64,000 bases of DNA from an uncultured Desulfatitalea sp. (GTDB taxonomy: Bacteria; Desulfobacterota; Desulfobacteria; Desulfobacterales; Desulfosarcinaceae). Shown in pieces: positions 29,541 through 41,370 of the stretch; positions within the stretch are counted from its first letter, which is position 1; each line of letters starts with the position of its first letter. The notes under the pieces are model-generated. The model worked only from the letters and a program-made list of their open reading frames with translations, searched no databases and was not told the origin of the DNA. Location: the NCBI GenBank assembly GCA_963668675.2, contig CAXXMB010000002.1, forward strand, positions 2,784,001 to 2,848,000. Reading direction: 5' to 3'. The position numbers were made by a program, and so were the translations under genes.

Positions 29541-30605
29541 ATGAACAGGTTGTTTTCAACATTCAAGCTGCGAGATATCGAATTCAAAAACAGAGTTTTC
29601 GTATCGCCGATGTGCCAATACTCGAGTCGGGATGGATTGCCCACCGACTGGCACCAGGTGCATCTTGGAAGCCGTGCAGTGGGTGGTGCCGCACTGGTCA
29701 TGGTTGAGGCCACTGCGGTCTCCCCGGAAGGACGGATATCGCCCTTCGACAGTGGCATATGGACTGACAAGCACGCACAGCAATTTCAGCAGATCACCCA
29801 ATTCATGCAGAGCCAAAACTGCGCTCCGGCGGTCCAGCTGGCGCATGCAGGACGCAAGGCCTCTACCGATGCCCCCTGGCGAGGCGGCAAGCCCCTTGGC
29901 GAGGATGCCAACGGCTGGCAGCCTATCGCCCCTAGCCCCATCGCTTTCGACGCGGGTTACCCGGTTCCTCGCGAAATGACGCCTCAGGATATCCAGGATG
30001 TCGTCGATCAGTTCGTTTCCGCCGCCCGCAGAAGTTTGACCGCGGGTTTTCAGGTGGTTGAGCTGCACATGGCCCACGGATACCTGCTGCATGAATTTTT
30101 ATCGCCCCTTTCGAACCATCGTACCGATCATTATGGTGGTGCTTTGGAAAACCGGGTTCGCCTGCCGCTGGAAATCGCCGAGGCTGTTCGAAGCGTATGG
30201 CCGCAAGAGCTTCCCCTGTTCGTTCGTATTTCCTGCACCGACTGGGCAGACGGTGGATGGGACTTGGAACAGTCCATCGAATTATGCAAGCAGCTTAAAA
30301 AGGTGGGGGTCGACCTGATCGATTGCTCCAGTGGTGCATTGGTGCCCCATGCCAAAATACCGGCCGGCCCCGGCTTTCAGATCCCCTTTGCGGCAGCGAT
30401 CAAACGAGCAGCGGACATCGCTACTGGTAGCGTCGGCCTGATCACCAGCGCCCACCAGGCCGAACAGACAGTGGCCACCGGTCAGTCGGACGTTGTGCTG
30501 TTGGGCCGGGAAATGCTTCGCGATCCCTATTGGCCGCTGCACGCCGCCAAGGCCCTAAATGCCGAGATCGACTGGCCTGTGCAGTATGAACGGGGAAGGG
30601 GGTAG
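29541..30605 (+). CDS. NADH:flavin oxidoreductase (old yellow enzyme, YqjM/NamA type)
   Basis: SPMCQYS, QLAHAGRKAS, HMAHGYLLHEFLSP, QYERG. Confidence 0.92.
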   Translation: MNRLFSTFKLRDIEFKNRVFVSPMCQYSSRDGLPTDWHQVHLGSRAVGGAALVMVEATAVSPEGRISPFDSGIWTDKHAQQFQQITQFMQSQNCAPAVQLAHAGRKASTDAPWRGGKPLGEDANGWQPIAPSPIAFDAGYPVPREMTPQDIQDVVDQFVSAARRSLTAGFQVVELHMAHGYLLHEFLSPLSNHRTDHYGGALENRVRLPLEIAEAVRSVWPQELPLFVRISCTDWADGGWDLEQSIELCKQLKKVGVDLIDCSSGALVPHAKIPAGPGFQIPFAAAIKRAADIATGSVGLITSAHQAEQTVATGQSDVVLLGREMLRDPYWPLHAAKALNAEIDWPVQYERGRG

Positions 30606-30659
30606 GGAGGAGGAGTTGAAGCAGGGAGCGCTTTATGGGAAAGCGCCCCCCTGGCATTT

Positions 30660-31172
30660 TTAGTTAATTGTCACCACGGAATATCCTTGCGCCTGATAAC
30701 CGACGATGGAAATGAAGCCGTTGCCTACATGATCCACCTCCGGCAACACGGAACCAGGGTCTACGCCCAGTACTTTCAAGGCATAGTCGCAGACCTCTAA
30801 GCGTACACCTTCTTTCTTCATTTGCCGGATCATGCTGGCGAACTTATCCAACGCCTCATTATCAACAGCGTTAAATCCCTCACGATCTGTTGAAATCATT
30901 TTGACCGCCGGGCCATGGAACACAACCGCAACTTGCGGTGGTTTTGAAAGTGAACGAACGCTTGCATCATCATTTACGTTTTTCACAGCCCAAAAAACAA
31001 TGTTGGCTGTCTGGGGGGATCCCAGGCTGACATCAAAAACGGCCTTGACGCGTTTAACCCCGTCGAGGGCGGCGTAATCACCCGATAGCGCAGGTGTCGT
31101 AATCAATGCGATGGCCAACGCTATACCTGCGATGACGGAGCGACGGGCAAACGAATTCGTGTTTTGGTTCAT
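30660..31172 (-). CDS. Exported DsrE/F-like protein
   Basis: VVFHGPAV, LEVC, VGNGFISI, QAQGY; signal peptide containing RR; AAGGAG RBS. Confidence 0.75.
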   Translation of the reverse strand: MNQNTNSFARRSVIAGIALAIALITTPALSGDYAALDGVKRVKAVFDVSLGSPQTANIVFWAVKNVNDDASVRSLSKPPQVAVVFHGPAVKMISTDREGFNAVDNEALDKFASMIRQMKKEGVRLEVCDYALKVLGVDPGSVLPEVDHVGNGFISIVGYQAQGYSVVTIN

Positions 31173-31422
31173 GGCGATTCTCCTTTTATTGGCCTGCAGG
31201 CCTTGTTGCCTTGTGGAAATCGAATAGGTAGAGTAGGAGAGTAACACCCCATTGGTTATTGTAAAGCCATCACCTTCATAAGTCAGATGCATCAAGGGCA
31301 GACTCGATCCTTCTACCTTCTACTCTATTGACCGACAGGATGGCTTAACGTAAAATTTATAAATCATCTTCCATCCCGATGGCATCTTAACACCCCAAAA
31401 TGACGAGGTGACGATTAGGCTC

Positions 31423-32289
31423 ATGAAAAAGACAACCCTATTGGCAGACGGACTAGGCTTTCCGGAAGGGCCGCGATGGCACGAAGGCAAATTGTGGTTT
31501 TCGGATTTTCGTACAAAAAAAGTGATGACAGTTGATCTTGAGGGAACGCTCCAGACAATCGCTGAGGTGCCCGGCCAACCTTCGGGTCTGGGGTGGCTGC
31601 CTGACAATAGTCTGCTTGTGATTTCCATGACCGACCGGCAGTTGTTAAGGTTGCATGAAGAAGAAATGACGCTGTTCGCGGATTTGAGCGATCTGGCCTC
31701 ATTTCATTGCAATGATATGGTCGTCGATTCGAAGGGAAATGCCTACATCGGAAATTTCGGAGCCCCCATTGCGACGCCGGCTGCAAAACTTGCGGAAATC
31801 ATTCTGGTAAAACCAGATGGAGACAAGCGTGTTGTCGCCAAAGATATGGCCTTCCCAAATGGAAGCATTATCACACCAGATGAAAAGACCTATGTCGTTG
31901 GGGAAACCTATGCTTCGCGCTTGACCGCTTTTGATATCGAAGCAGATGGATCCCTGGCCAATCGGCGGATATGGGCTCAGTTTGACAGCCTTGGTATTGT
32001 CACCGATCGAAGTAAATTGATGAATCGAATCCTGCCCGATGGTATCTGCCTCGATGAAGAAGGTGCTATCTGGGTGGCCTCACCGGGCAAAGGAGCCGAA
32101 GTGGTTCGCGTTTTTGAAGGTGGGGAAATTGCAGATCGGATTAAGGTTGAAACGTTTCCATACGCCTGCATGTTGGGTGGTCCGGATGGAAAGACCCTCT
32201 TCGTTCTCACATCAGACCTCTCGAGCAGTGAACTGGTGGGGAGAGTTGAAACGGTTCAAGTCGAATCACCGAAGGCCGGTCTTCCCTGA
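31423..32289 (+). CDS. SMP-30/gluconolactonase/LRE family protein
   Basis: FPEGPRW, CNDMVVD, FPNG, PDGICLD. Confidence 0.9.
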   Translation: MKKTTLLADGLGFPEGPRWHEGKLWFSDFRTKKVMTVDLEGTLQTIAEVPGQPSGLGWLPDNSLLVISMTDRQLLRLHEEEMTLFADLSDLASFHCNDMVVDSKGNAYIGNFGAPIATPAAKLAEIILVKPDGDKRVVAKDMAFPNGSIITPDEKTYVVGETYASRLTAFDIEADGSLANRRIWAQFDSLGIVTDRSKLMNRILPDGICLDEEGAIWVASPGKGAEVVRVFEGGEIADRIKVETFPYACMLGGPDGKTLFVLTSDLSSSELVGRVETVQVESPKAGLP

Positions 32290-32372
32290 AGACGAGAGGT
32301 GGGTTGATCCCCTTAGAGACGCTTATGTCTTTGGCTCCGATTCTGTGACCCGTGCACTGGGCCTAAAGAAAA

Positions 32373-32404
32373 CGCGGCGTTTCAGAGTGTATCGAAACGC
32401 CGCG
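32373..32404. terminator. Probable terminator hairpin between converging genes
   Basis: CGCGGCGTTTC...GAAACGCCGCG stem. Confidence 0.55.
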
Positions 32405-32534
32405 CTCATTTGTTGCGAATAGACTTCGTGATCCTTCCAAACATTCGTCAGTTCCTGTCGGTTGCCGCCTCCTGATCATTCGATGTTCAGTTCAGAATGC
32501 GCTTCAGAAGCCCACGCAGATGCTTATGCTCCGA

Positions 32535-34805
<2,271 letters not shown>

Positions 34806-34825
34806 ATTAATGGCAAAAAAATATA

Positions 34826-35269
34826 TTACGCCTTTTCTGCCATGCAATTGCTGCATATACCGAAAAAGTCCAACCGATGGTTCAGAATTTTAAAGTGAGT
34901 CGCTTCGGCAACCTCATTTTTCATTTCATCCAGGCTGTCCAGGGCCGGATCGACAATTTTTTTACACTTGATACAGATGACGTGAGGATGGGGGTTAGGC
35001 GTGTTTCCGTCATATCGGTTGCTCCCATCCGGGAACCCTAACTCAAGAACTTCACCAAGAGACTTAATTAATAAGATGTTTCTGTATACAGTTGCAAGAC
35101 TCATTGTCGGGAAATCGTTCTTGATCTGATCATAAATGGTCTCAACAGTGGGATGACCTTCACTTTTGGCAAGAATTGTGACGATAGCCAACCGCTGAGG
35201 CGTTATCTTGTGGCCATTATCCCTTAGTTTTTGGATGATGGCGTCAAATCTTTTTTTAGGGTCTGCCAA
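34826..35269 (-). CDS. perR: Fur-family peroxide regulator (PerR-like)
   Basis: ITPQR, HPT, SLATVY, RYDG, HPHVICIKC...GICSNC; adjacent to katG. Confidence 0.85.
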   Translation of the reverse strand: MADPKKRFDAIIQKLRDNGHKITPQRLAIVTILAKSEGHPTVETIYDQIKNDFPTMSLATVYRNILLIKSLGEVLELGFPDGSNRYDGNTPNPHPHVICIKCKKIVDPALDSLDEMKNEVAEATHFKILNHRLDFFGICSNCMAEKA

Positions 35270-35287
35270 CTGGAGCCTCTTTTTAAA

Positions 35288-35302
35288 TGATAACTGCTAT
35301 TA
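35288..35302. promoter_or_regulatory. Putative autoregulatory Fur/PerR-type operator
   Basis: TGATA-ACTGC-TATTA, similar to the katG box. Confidence 0.5.
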
Positions 35303-35466
35303 TTTAACATTAATTACTTTCAGTCAAGCCCAAATTCAATTATCCACTGATAACAGCTGCCTTAGAACGCACTGAGGGATGCTATTTTTTCAACGGATAC
35401 GAGCCACGTGTTAAGAAGTATCCTACGGACAGGGCGAACTGCAGAGCGTGGCTACCGCAGGCGGGT

Positions 35467-36948
35467 TCACGTCCCGCAAAAGGTTTGGTAGGGCTTGGCT
35501 GAAGGGGGTGCCGGCAGCTGATAGCCGGCCTGTTCCGGCGGATCCTGATAAGGTTGGGACAGAACACCCAGCAGTTTTTCCATGACCGAAAAATCGGCCC
35601 GCTCAACAGCTGCCGCCAAGGCCTCTTCCACGCGGTGGTTGCGGGGGATGACCGCCGGGTTGTGGGTGTTCATGAGCTGGTAGGATGCCTCCCGGGAAGC
35701 GGGTTGCCGTTTTAACCGGGCCTGCCAGCGTTCGAACCACTGCTTAAAATCCAGGGTCTGGAACATGGATGCCTCCGGTAAGGAATCGGATGCCAGGTCG
35801 CGGAAGGTGTTGGTAAAATCCGCCCCGTGTCGGTGCATGCAATCGAGCAGCTCTTTCACCATGGCGCCGTCATCCGCTTCCTGATTCAACAGTCCCAGTT
35901 TGGCCCGCATGCCCGCCAGCCAGTAATCACGAAAGATGTCTGAGAACCGGGAGATTGCTTTGTTCGCCATCGACGCGGCCTCTTGTGGATCCGAGTGAAT
36001 CAGCGGCAACAGCGTCTCGGCAAACCGGGCAAGATTCCATTGGGCAATTTGCGGCTGCCGACCGTAGGCGTACCGGCCGTCGTGATCGATGGAGCTGAAG
36101 ACGGTATTCGGATCGTAGGCGTCCATGAACGCGCAGGGGCCGTAGTCGATGGTTTCACCGCAAAGAGCCATGTTGTCCGTGTTCATGACGCCGTGGATGA
36201 AGCCAGCCATCAGCCAGCGGGCCACCAGGTGCGCCTGTCGCTCCATGACGGCTCCAAGCAGCGCAAGATAGGGATTTTCGTCCTTTGCCAGATCGGGAAA
36301 GTGGCGGCGAATGGTGTAATCGGCCAGCGTCCGGATCTCGTCGGGTTTGCCTCTCGCCGCTGCATACTCGAAAGTGCCCACGCGGATGTGACTGGCCGCC
36401 GTGCGAGTGAGAATCGCCCCCTGCAGGGTGGTTTCACGAAACACCGGTTGACCGGTGGTCACCACCGCAAGGCTGCGGGTCGTCGGTATGTCCAGGGCGT
36501 GCAGGGCCTCGCTGATGATGTATTCCCGAAGCATCGGCCCCAAGGCCGCCCGCCCGTCCCCCTGCCGCGAATACGGGGTCCTGCCGGACCCTTTGAACTG
36601 GATGTCGAAGCGCTCACCTTTCGGTGTCACATGCTCGCCCAGCAATATGGCCCGCCCATCACCCAGCATGGTGAAAGAGCCGAATTGATGCCCCGCATAG
36701 GCCTGGGCGAGAGGCTCGGCTCCCTCGGGGATTCTGTTGCCCGAGAAAACAGCGGCGCCCTCTTCACCGTTCAGGGCATTGGGGTTCAAGCCTAAAAACT
36801 GCGCCAGCGCTGTGTTGAAAACCACAAGCTTCGGTGTGCTTATCGGTACCGGATCCAACCGGACATAGAAAGCCGATGGCAGCCGTGCGTAGCTGTTCTC
36901 GAATTTCCACCCGGCCTCCAGGCGATTTTGTCTACTGCTGTGCATCAT
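35467..36948 (-). CDS. selO: Protein adenylyltransferase SelO/YdiU
   Basis: [37 protein letters not shown]-terminal YQTFCGT. Confidence 0.95.
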   Translation of the reverse strand: MMHSSRQNRLEAGWKFENSYARLPSAFYVRLDPVPISTPKLVVFNTALAQFLGLNPNALNGEEGAAVFSGNRIPEGAEPLAQAYAGHQFGSFTMLGDGRAILLGEHVTPKGERFDIQFKGSGRTPYSRQGDGRAALGPMLREYIISEALHALDIPTTRSLAVVTTGQPVFRETTLQGAILTRTAASHIRVGTFEYAAARGKPDEIRTLADYTIRRHFPDLAKDENPYLALLGAVMERQAHLVARWLMAGFIHGVMNTDNMALCGETIDYGPCAFMDAYDPNTVFSSIDHDGRYAYGRQPQIAQWNLARFAETLLPLIHSDPQEAASMANKAISRFSDIFRDYWLAGMRAKLGLLNQEADDGAMVKELLDCMHRHGADFTNTFRDLASDSLPEASMFQTLDFKQWFERWQARLKRQPASREASYQLMNTHNPAVIPRNHRVEEALAAAVERADFSVMEKLLGVLSQPYQDPPEQAGYQLPAPPSAKPYQTFCGT

Positions 36949-37199
36949 GGAGTTCTCCTGCCTCCCAAATGAAGTGTATAATAGGAAACATTGGGATGGG
37001 ATACCCGGAGGTCAAGAGCGAGCGTGCTAAGAAATGACGCCCCTTAAGGTTCAGAAGATAAGTGAATCTCTTCCGGAACGGCCTTAAGGGGCATAAAAAG
37101 GGGCCACTTGGAATTTAGGACCGTGCTATAACTGAAAGCGCGAAGGTGCATTTGATTTCGTTATTGAGAAATGGCTGGAAACCATGTCCACGGTATCGG

Positions 37200-38054
37200 T
37201 CATCTACCGCCACCGCCGCCACCGCCGCCATCACCACCACCGCCGCCGCCGGAACCTCCGCCTGAACCGCCGGATCCGGCACCTGAATTACCGCCCGTTC
37301 CTCCTTTGCCGGCATCACTGCCAATACGGCCATTGCTGAATTGGTTGTCTATCTGCCCACGCGGCATTTGACGGGACTGTTCTGATACTTGGTGGCGCAT
37401 CTGCTCCATTTGTCTTTCCGTGTACGCGTTACGCAGGGCCCGACACACAGTGTCGGCCACATCCTTAGAGCGGATACCCAATTGGGCCATGGTACGGACG
37501 GTCTGCATGGTTTGCAGGGCCAGTGCCTCGCTCTGGTCCTGGTTTCGGGTGTGTTGATGTTGCTGAATCTGCAGTTGGGCCCTCACCGCCTCCATATCTT
37601 CGGTTTTCATCCCTGCTGCCAGGCTGTCGGCGACAGCGTGTGTCACACGTCCGATGGTCTTGGTATCCCTGGACAGCGACTTGGCCACTTGATCGGCATG
37701 GGCGTAACGGCTCCGTACGGCTTGCATGGCCGCAATGACTGCCTGAGGATTGGCCTTCTTGGTGATGCCTTCCAGGGCCTTGTTCATCATTGGTTCGGTG
37801 GGCAGCCCTGCCCTTGCAGCGTTGATGACCTCTTGCCGCGCCTGATTCACGATTCGGCTCTCAAAGCGGTTTTGAAACATTTGGGTCAGCATTTTTTGGG
37901 CTTGGGCCTCTTTCACACCGAAAGCGCTCATTTCCCGGACCTGCTGCTCGATCTCCTCCATGGCCTGCCGCGACAGCGCCTGGGCGGCATCGGCAATGAC
38001 CGGCGACAAGAAACAGATGAGTGCTAAAATGGTCACGAATGTCTTTTTCATCAT
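37200..38054 (-). CDS. Exported helical protein with Gly-rich C-terminal tail
   Basis: Signal peptide MMKKTFVTILALICF; GGSGGGSGGGGGG tail; last gene of the ECF operon. Confidence 0.7.
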   Translation of the reverse strand: MMKKTFVTILALICFLSPVIADAAQALSRQAMEEIEQQVREMSAFGVKEAQAQKMLTQMFQNRFESRIVNQARQEVINAARAGLPTEPMMNKALEGITKKANPQAVIAAMQAVRSRYAHADQVAKSLSRDTKTIGRVTHAVADSLAAGMKTEDMEAVRAQLQIQQHQHTRNQDQSEALALQTMQTVRTMAQLGIRSKDVADTVCRALRNAYTERQMEQMRHQVSEQSRQMPRGQIDNQFSNGRIGSDAGKGGTGGNSGAGSGGSGGGSGGGGGGDGGGGGGGGR

Positions 38055-38115
38055 TCCCCTTCCTTTCAATTCGAACTGATCCTTTATCTTCTTCAACTGT
38101 TCAGCAGGAAAAAGG

Positions 38116-38436
38116 TTACATCCGGGGATCAAAAATGCAGTTTTCGGAACCAAAATCGTCCATCTCCCGCATGCGGCAGCCGGGTAGATAAACATTGTCG
38201 TCAATAATGTAGAAATAGCGAAATGAAGCCATAGCCGGCAGGACGATCGTCCAACGCCCCTCCACCTTGGGCACTTCACGCAGTTGAAATCCGTCCAGGC
38301 TGCAGGCCAAGAACACCTTCTGGGCACCCGGTTTGTCCAGGTACAGGGTCAGCACATTTTCGTCAACCTTGAAGTAATGTGCAGTACAGGCACTCATGAT
38401 CAGCAGGCAGCCTGCCATCAGCAGCAATGGCCTCAT
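38116..38436 (-). CDS. Small lipoprotein with CBM48/AMPK-type glycogen-binding-like domain
   Basis: Lipobox MSAC; FRYFYIID...DDFGSENC; ATGA overlap with the upstream gene. Confidence 0.7.
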   Translation of the reverse strand: MRPLLLMAGCLLIMSACTAHYFKVDENVLTLYLDKPGAQKVFLACSLDGFQLREVPKVEGRWTIVLPAMASFRYFYIIDDNVYLPGCRMREMDDFGSENCIFDPRM

Positions 38437-38999
38437 ATGTGCTCCTTCATGTTCAGGATGGAATTTTCACCGCCGAAATCATCCTTCTCGCTGGTAAGAA
38501 GGGTGGGGTCCGCCACGTGGCGGTCCCCGTCGAGGATATACGCAAAGCGGTGCTCGCCCGGTGGAATCTCGAGGTTGAGTTCCCAGTAGCCGCTGATACC
38601 GATGCGCCGCATGGCCACCCGCTGCCAGCCGGTGAACGAACCGGCCAGCTCCACTCGCTCCACTGTCGGTTCGAAGAGAATGAACCGCTTACTGTGCATC
38701 GACGCCCCATGCTCACCAGGCCCGGTGAAATAGAGGAGTATCGCAGCCGCAAAGCCGGCCGCTGCTAATGCCACGGGTTTCAATAGCCGGAATAGGATGA
38801 CACGCAGCGGCGGCCGCCACCCTTTTTCAAGGGTTTGCTCGACGGGCACCAGTGGTTGCCGGAGCAGTTTTTCCTGATCGAGCAGGGATAGGGTGAGCGT
38901 GTAGAACGCATGATCGGTGTGGACCTTTTCGACGAAGCACTTTTTCTCGTCCAGATCCATTTCGTTGTCGATGTACATGCTGGAAAGATAGTCCATCAC
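38433..38999 (-). CDS. Putative anti-sigma factor with a TM helix and C-terminal CBM48/AMPK glycogen-binding domain
   Basis: LSSMYIDNE N-terminus, TM segment, VELAGSFTGW...PGEHRFAYILDG...DP...DDFGGENS. Confidence 0.75.
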   Translation of the reverse strand: MMDYLSSMYIDNEMDLDEKKCFVEKVHTDHAFYTLTLSLLDQEKLLRQPLVPVEQTLEKGWRPPLRVILFRLLKPVALAAAGFAAAILLYFTGPGEHGASMHSKRFILFEPTVERVELAGSFTGWQRVAMRRIGISGYWELNLEIPPGEHRFAYILDGDRHVADPTLLTSEKDDFGGENSILNMKEHI

Positions 39000-39472
39000 T
39001 CGTCTCCATCTGCAAGTATCGATCTTAGCCTGAGCCGGGCCCGGTGGACCCTGATCTTTACGTTGCCTTCGCTGATGCCGAGCAGTTTGCCGATCGCCTT
39101 GTAGGAAAATGCTTCGGTCGCCACGAGGCTGATCAGTTCCCGTTCAGATGGGGTGAGCCGGCGGATCGCGGCGAACATCCGGTCGAAAGCCTCCTTCGCG
39201 ATGCACTGGTATTCCGGATCCGGCCCCGGCGCCTGGCTTTCACCATCCGCCGATGATTCTTCACGGTGTCTGCGCAGGGCATCCAAGGCCGCATTGCGGG
39301 CGATGGTAAAGAGCAGCGCTCGGTTGCCACCGCCGCGCCCGTATTTGGCCAGATAGCGCGCAAAGCTTTCCTGTATGAGATCGAGGGAAAGCTGAGCGTC
39401 CCCGGTCAATCTCATCAGGTAGGCCATTAGCCGGCCCCTGTTTTCCCTATAAAAATGTTCGTATGCTTCCAC
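38996..39472 (-). CDS. ECF RNA polymerase sigma factor
   Basis: DLIQESF, LFTIARN, SYKAIGKLLGISEGNVKIRVHRAR. Confidence 0.9.
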   Translation of the reverse strand: MEAYEHFYRENRGRLMAYLMRLTGDAQLSLDLIQESFARYLAKYGRGGGNRALLFTIARNAALDALRRHREESSADGESQAPGPDPEYQCIAKEAFDRMFAAIRRLTPSERELISLVATEAFSYKAIGKLLGISEGNVKIRVHRARLRLRSILADGDE

Positions 39473-39743
39473 AGAAGTATTTATCTAAAGCTCTACTCAG
39501 GCAGATCGGCGGTGTCCACAGGGTGATTGTTCCTGAGTGAATTCACCGGCCCCCGAAATGAATAAGAATACACACGCCATTCGAAAAGGCCAATCGAAAT
39601 CAATGTCCTCATATATATCTCCCTTTGTGGATGAGTGCCTGCAAATATAAAATGGTGGGGAGATACGAATCTCTCCCCCCATATTCGGTTTTCTATCCAC
39701 CCGTCATGTGGCCGGAAACGGAGGCAATCGTATTCTCGACAAA

Positions 39744-40080
39744 CTAATAGTCGTCAGTCAATGTATGCAGAAAGGCGATCAGATCGTCGATTTGCTCTTC
39801 ACTCAATCCCAAGTTGCCGACCGCGTTACTGACATTACCCTGAACATCCGGAACGAAACTGCTGCTGTCGTTAATAAATGAGACCATGTCATAAAGTGTC
39901 GGAAACGCCCCGTTGTGAGCGTATGGCGCCGTCACGGCAATGTTGCGCAGGGTAGGAATCTTGAATTTTCCATCCTGGTTTGTATCTCCAACGCTGTCCC
40001 CCAATCCCAGATCCGGTGAAGGCACATCGGGATTGGCAGGTACGCCGATATTGGCCTAGCCGTAGGCGGTGAACAGGGGC
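39744..40080 (-). pseudogene. C-terminal remnant of a di-heme cytochrome c peroxidase (CcpA/MauG family)
   Basis: GKFKIPTLRNIAVTAPYAHNG...LIAFLHTLTD; upstream PLFTAYG*ANIGVP has an in-frame TAG at 40056-40058; no heme motifs remain. Confidence 0.8.
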
Positions 40081-40568
40081 TCGGGTGCAGCACTCAATGC
40101 CAAGTGTTCCAACCCCGTTATGCGTCGATGCAATTTTTCCCTAAACACTCAGCAATCAACAAGAAGATCGAGCATGAGATGAAATGGGTTAACCGGGCAG
40201 GTCAGGCGTGGGAAGAGGACAAAATTGCTAATATAGATTTAACGTTTGCTTAGAAGAAAGGTTACAGACAGATTTAGAAAATTTTGGTGATTTTGATACG
40301 GATGAAAGAAACGCATCGTTTCATGACCGTCCCACTTTTCGCACTTTTTACCCTAAAGCGATCGAATTGCGTCCTGAATATCCGTCGTGGGACGATGCAG
40401 ATATTGATATATGGTAAAACTGCTGATATCTCCACGAACATAGCGGCAATACAAGCCCTCTCCAAAAATCTTTTGGCCTCACACCGGATCCGGGGCGTGG
40501 ATCTTGAACCAAAACTCTTTTTTGAGACGGCCTGCAATAATAAGTCCCCAACAGAAAAGAGGAAAATT

Positions 40569-41288
40569 ATGGCCAAAATGCAATATGAAAAAGATGGAAA
40601 AATTGCCTGCATCACCCTCGATGACGGTAAGGTCAATGTCATGAACTGGGAGTTTTTCAGTGAACTCAACGACGCCTTGGACCATACCATTGCCGACGAG
40701 GCCGCGGTTCTTATCTTTACCGGCCGGCCGGGCATTTTTTCAGCGGGCCTTGACCTAAAGCTTCTGCCCACCCAGGAACTCGAAGAGCAGATCAGGTTTC
40801 AAATAAGGTTTGCCACAACCATGCTCAGGGTTTATCAGTTTCCCATACCGACCATCGCCGCCTATGCCGGACACTCCATTGCCGGTGGGGCTATCCTTTC
40901 CTATGCCTGCGACCGTTTTATGGTAGCCGACGGGCCCTACACCATTCAAATCAATGAAGTGGCCAACAAGATGGTAATCCCGAGCTGGATTACCCTGATC
41001 TGCCGTTCATCCATTCCCCATCGTTACTGGAAGGAGGCCTTGCTCCATGCCACGCCCTATTCCCCCCGGGAAGCATTCGAGCGTGGAATTGTCGATGATC
41101 TGGTGGAAGAAGGCGGCGACATCATGGCGGCTGCCCGCGCTTATGCGGAGAAACTCTTTAAACTCTCCACGCCCGCTTATGCAGCCACAAAAAAGCTCCT
41201 GCGCCAGGAAGAGTCGGCGCATGTTATGGAAATTTTCGAGAAGGAATTTCTGGACTGGGTATTGAACTACAGCCAGCAAATCAAGTAG
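40569..41288 (+). CDS. Enoyl-CoA hydratase/isomerase (crotonase) family protein
   Basis: LDDGKVN, FSAGLDL, GHSIAGG, INEV. Confidence 0.85.
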   Translation: MAKMQYEKDGKIACITLDDGKVNVMNWEFFSELNDALDHTIADEAAVLIFTGRPGIFSAGLDLKLLPTQELEEQIRFQIRFATTMLRVYQFPIPTIAAYAGHSIAGGAILSYACDRFMVADGPYTIQINEVANKMVIPSWITLICRSSIPHRYWKEALLHATPYSPREAFERGIVDDLVEEGGDIMAAARAYAEKLFKLSTPAYAATKKLLRQEESAHVMEIFEKEFLDWVLNYSQQIK

Positions 41289-41370
41289 AGTCGCGGAAAC
41301 GAGAAGTTATCGACACCTTGATTCAGTTGACGATGGGCAAATCGGTTGGAATGGGATTGGGAATTTTATT

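Noticed and set aside
37207..37300. CCG-rich simple repeat / Pro-rich plus-strand ORF
   Set aside because: It is the antisense of the Gly-rich tail of the minus-strand gene
39493..39610. Short ORF with good RBS (MRTLISIG...) upstream of the ECF sigma gene
   Set aside because: It looks like a frameshifted signal-peptide stump; too little support to call
40454..40533. Possible miniature IS with terminal inverted repeats
   Set aside because: The match between the ends is too weak and there is no second copy in the window
40284..40568. N-terminal extensions given by the ORF track (also 57695-57997, 55260-55400, 38055-38327, 23506-23625)
   Set aside because: They overlap other genes or intergenic DNA; better RBS-linked starts lie downstream
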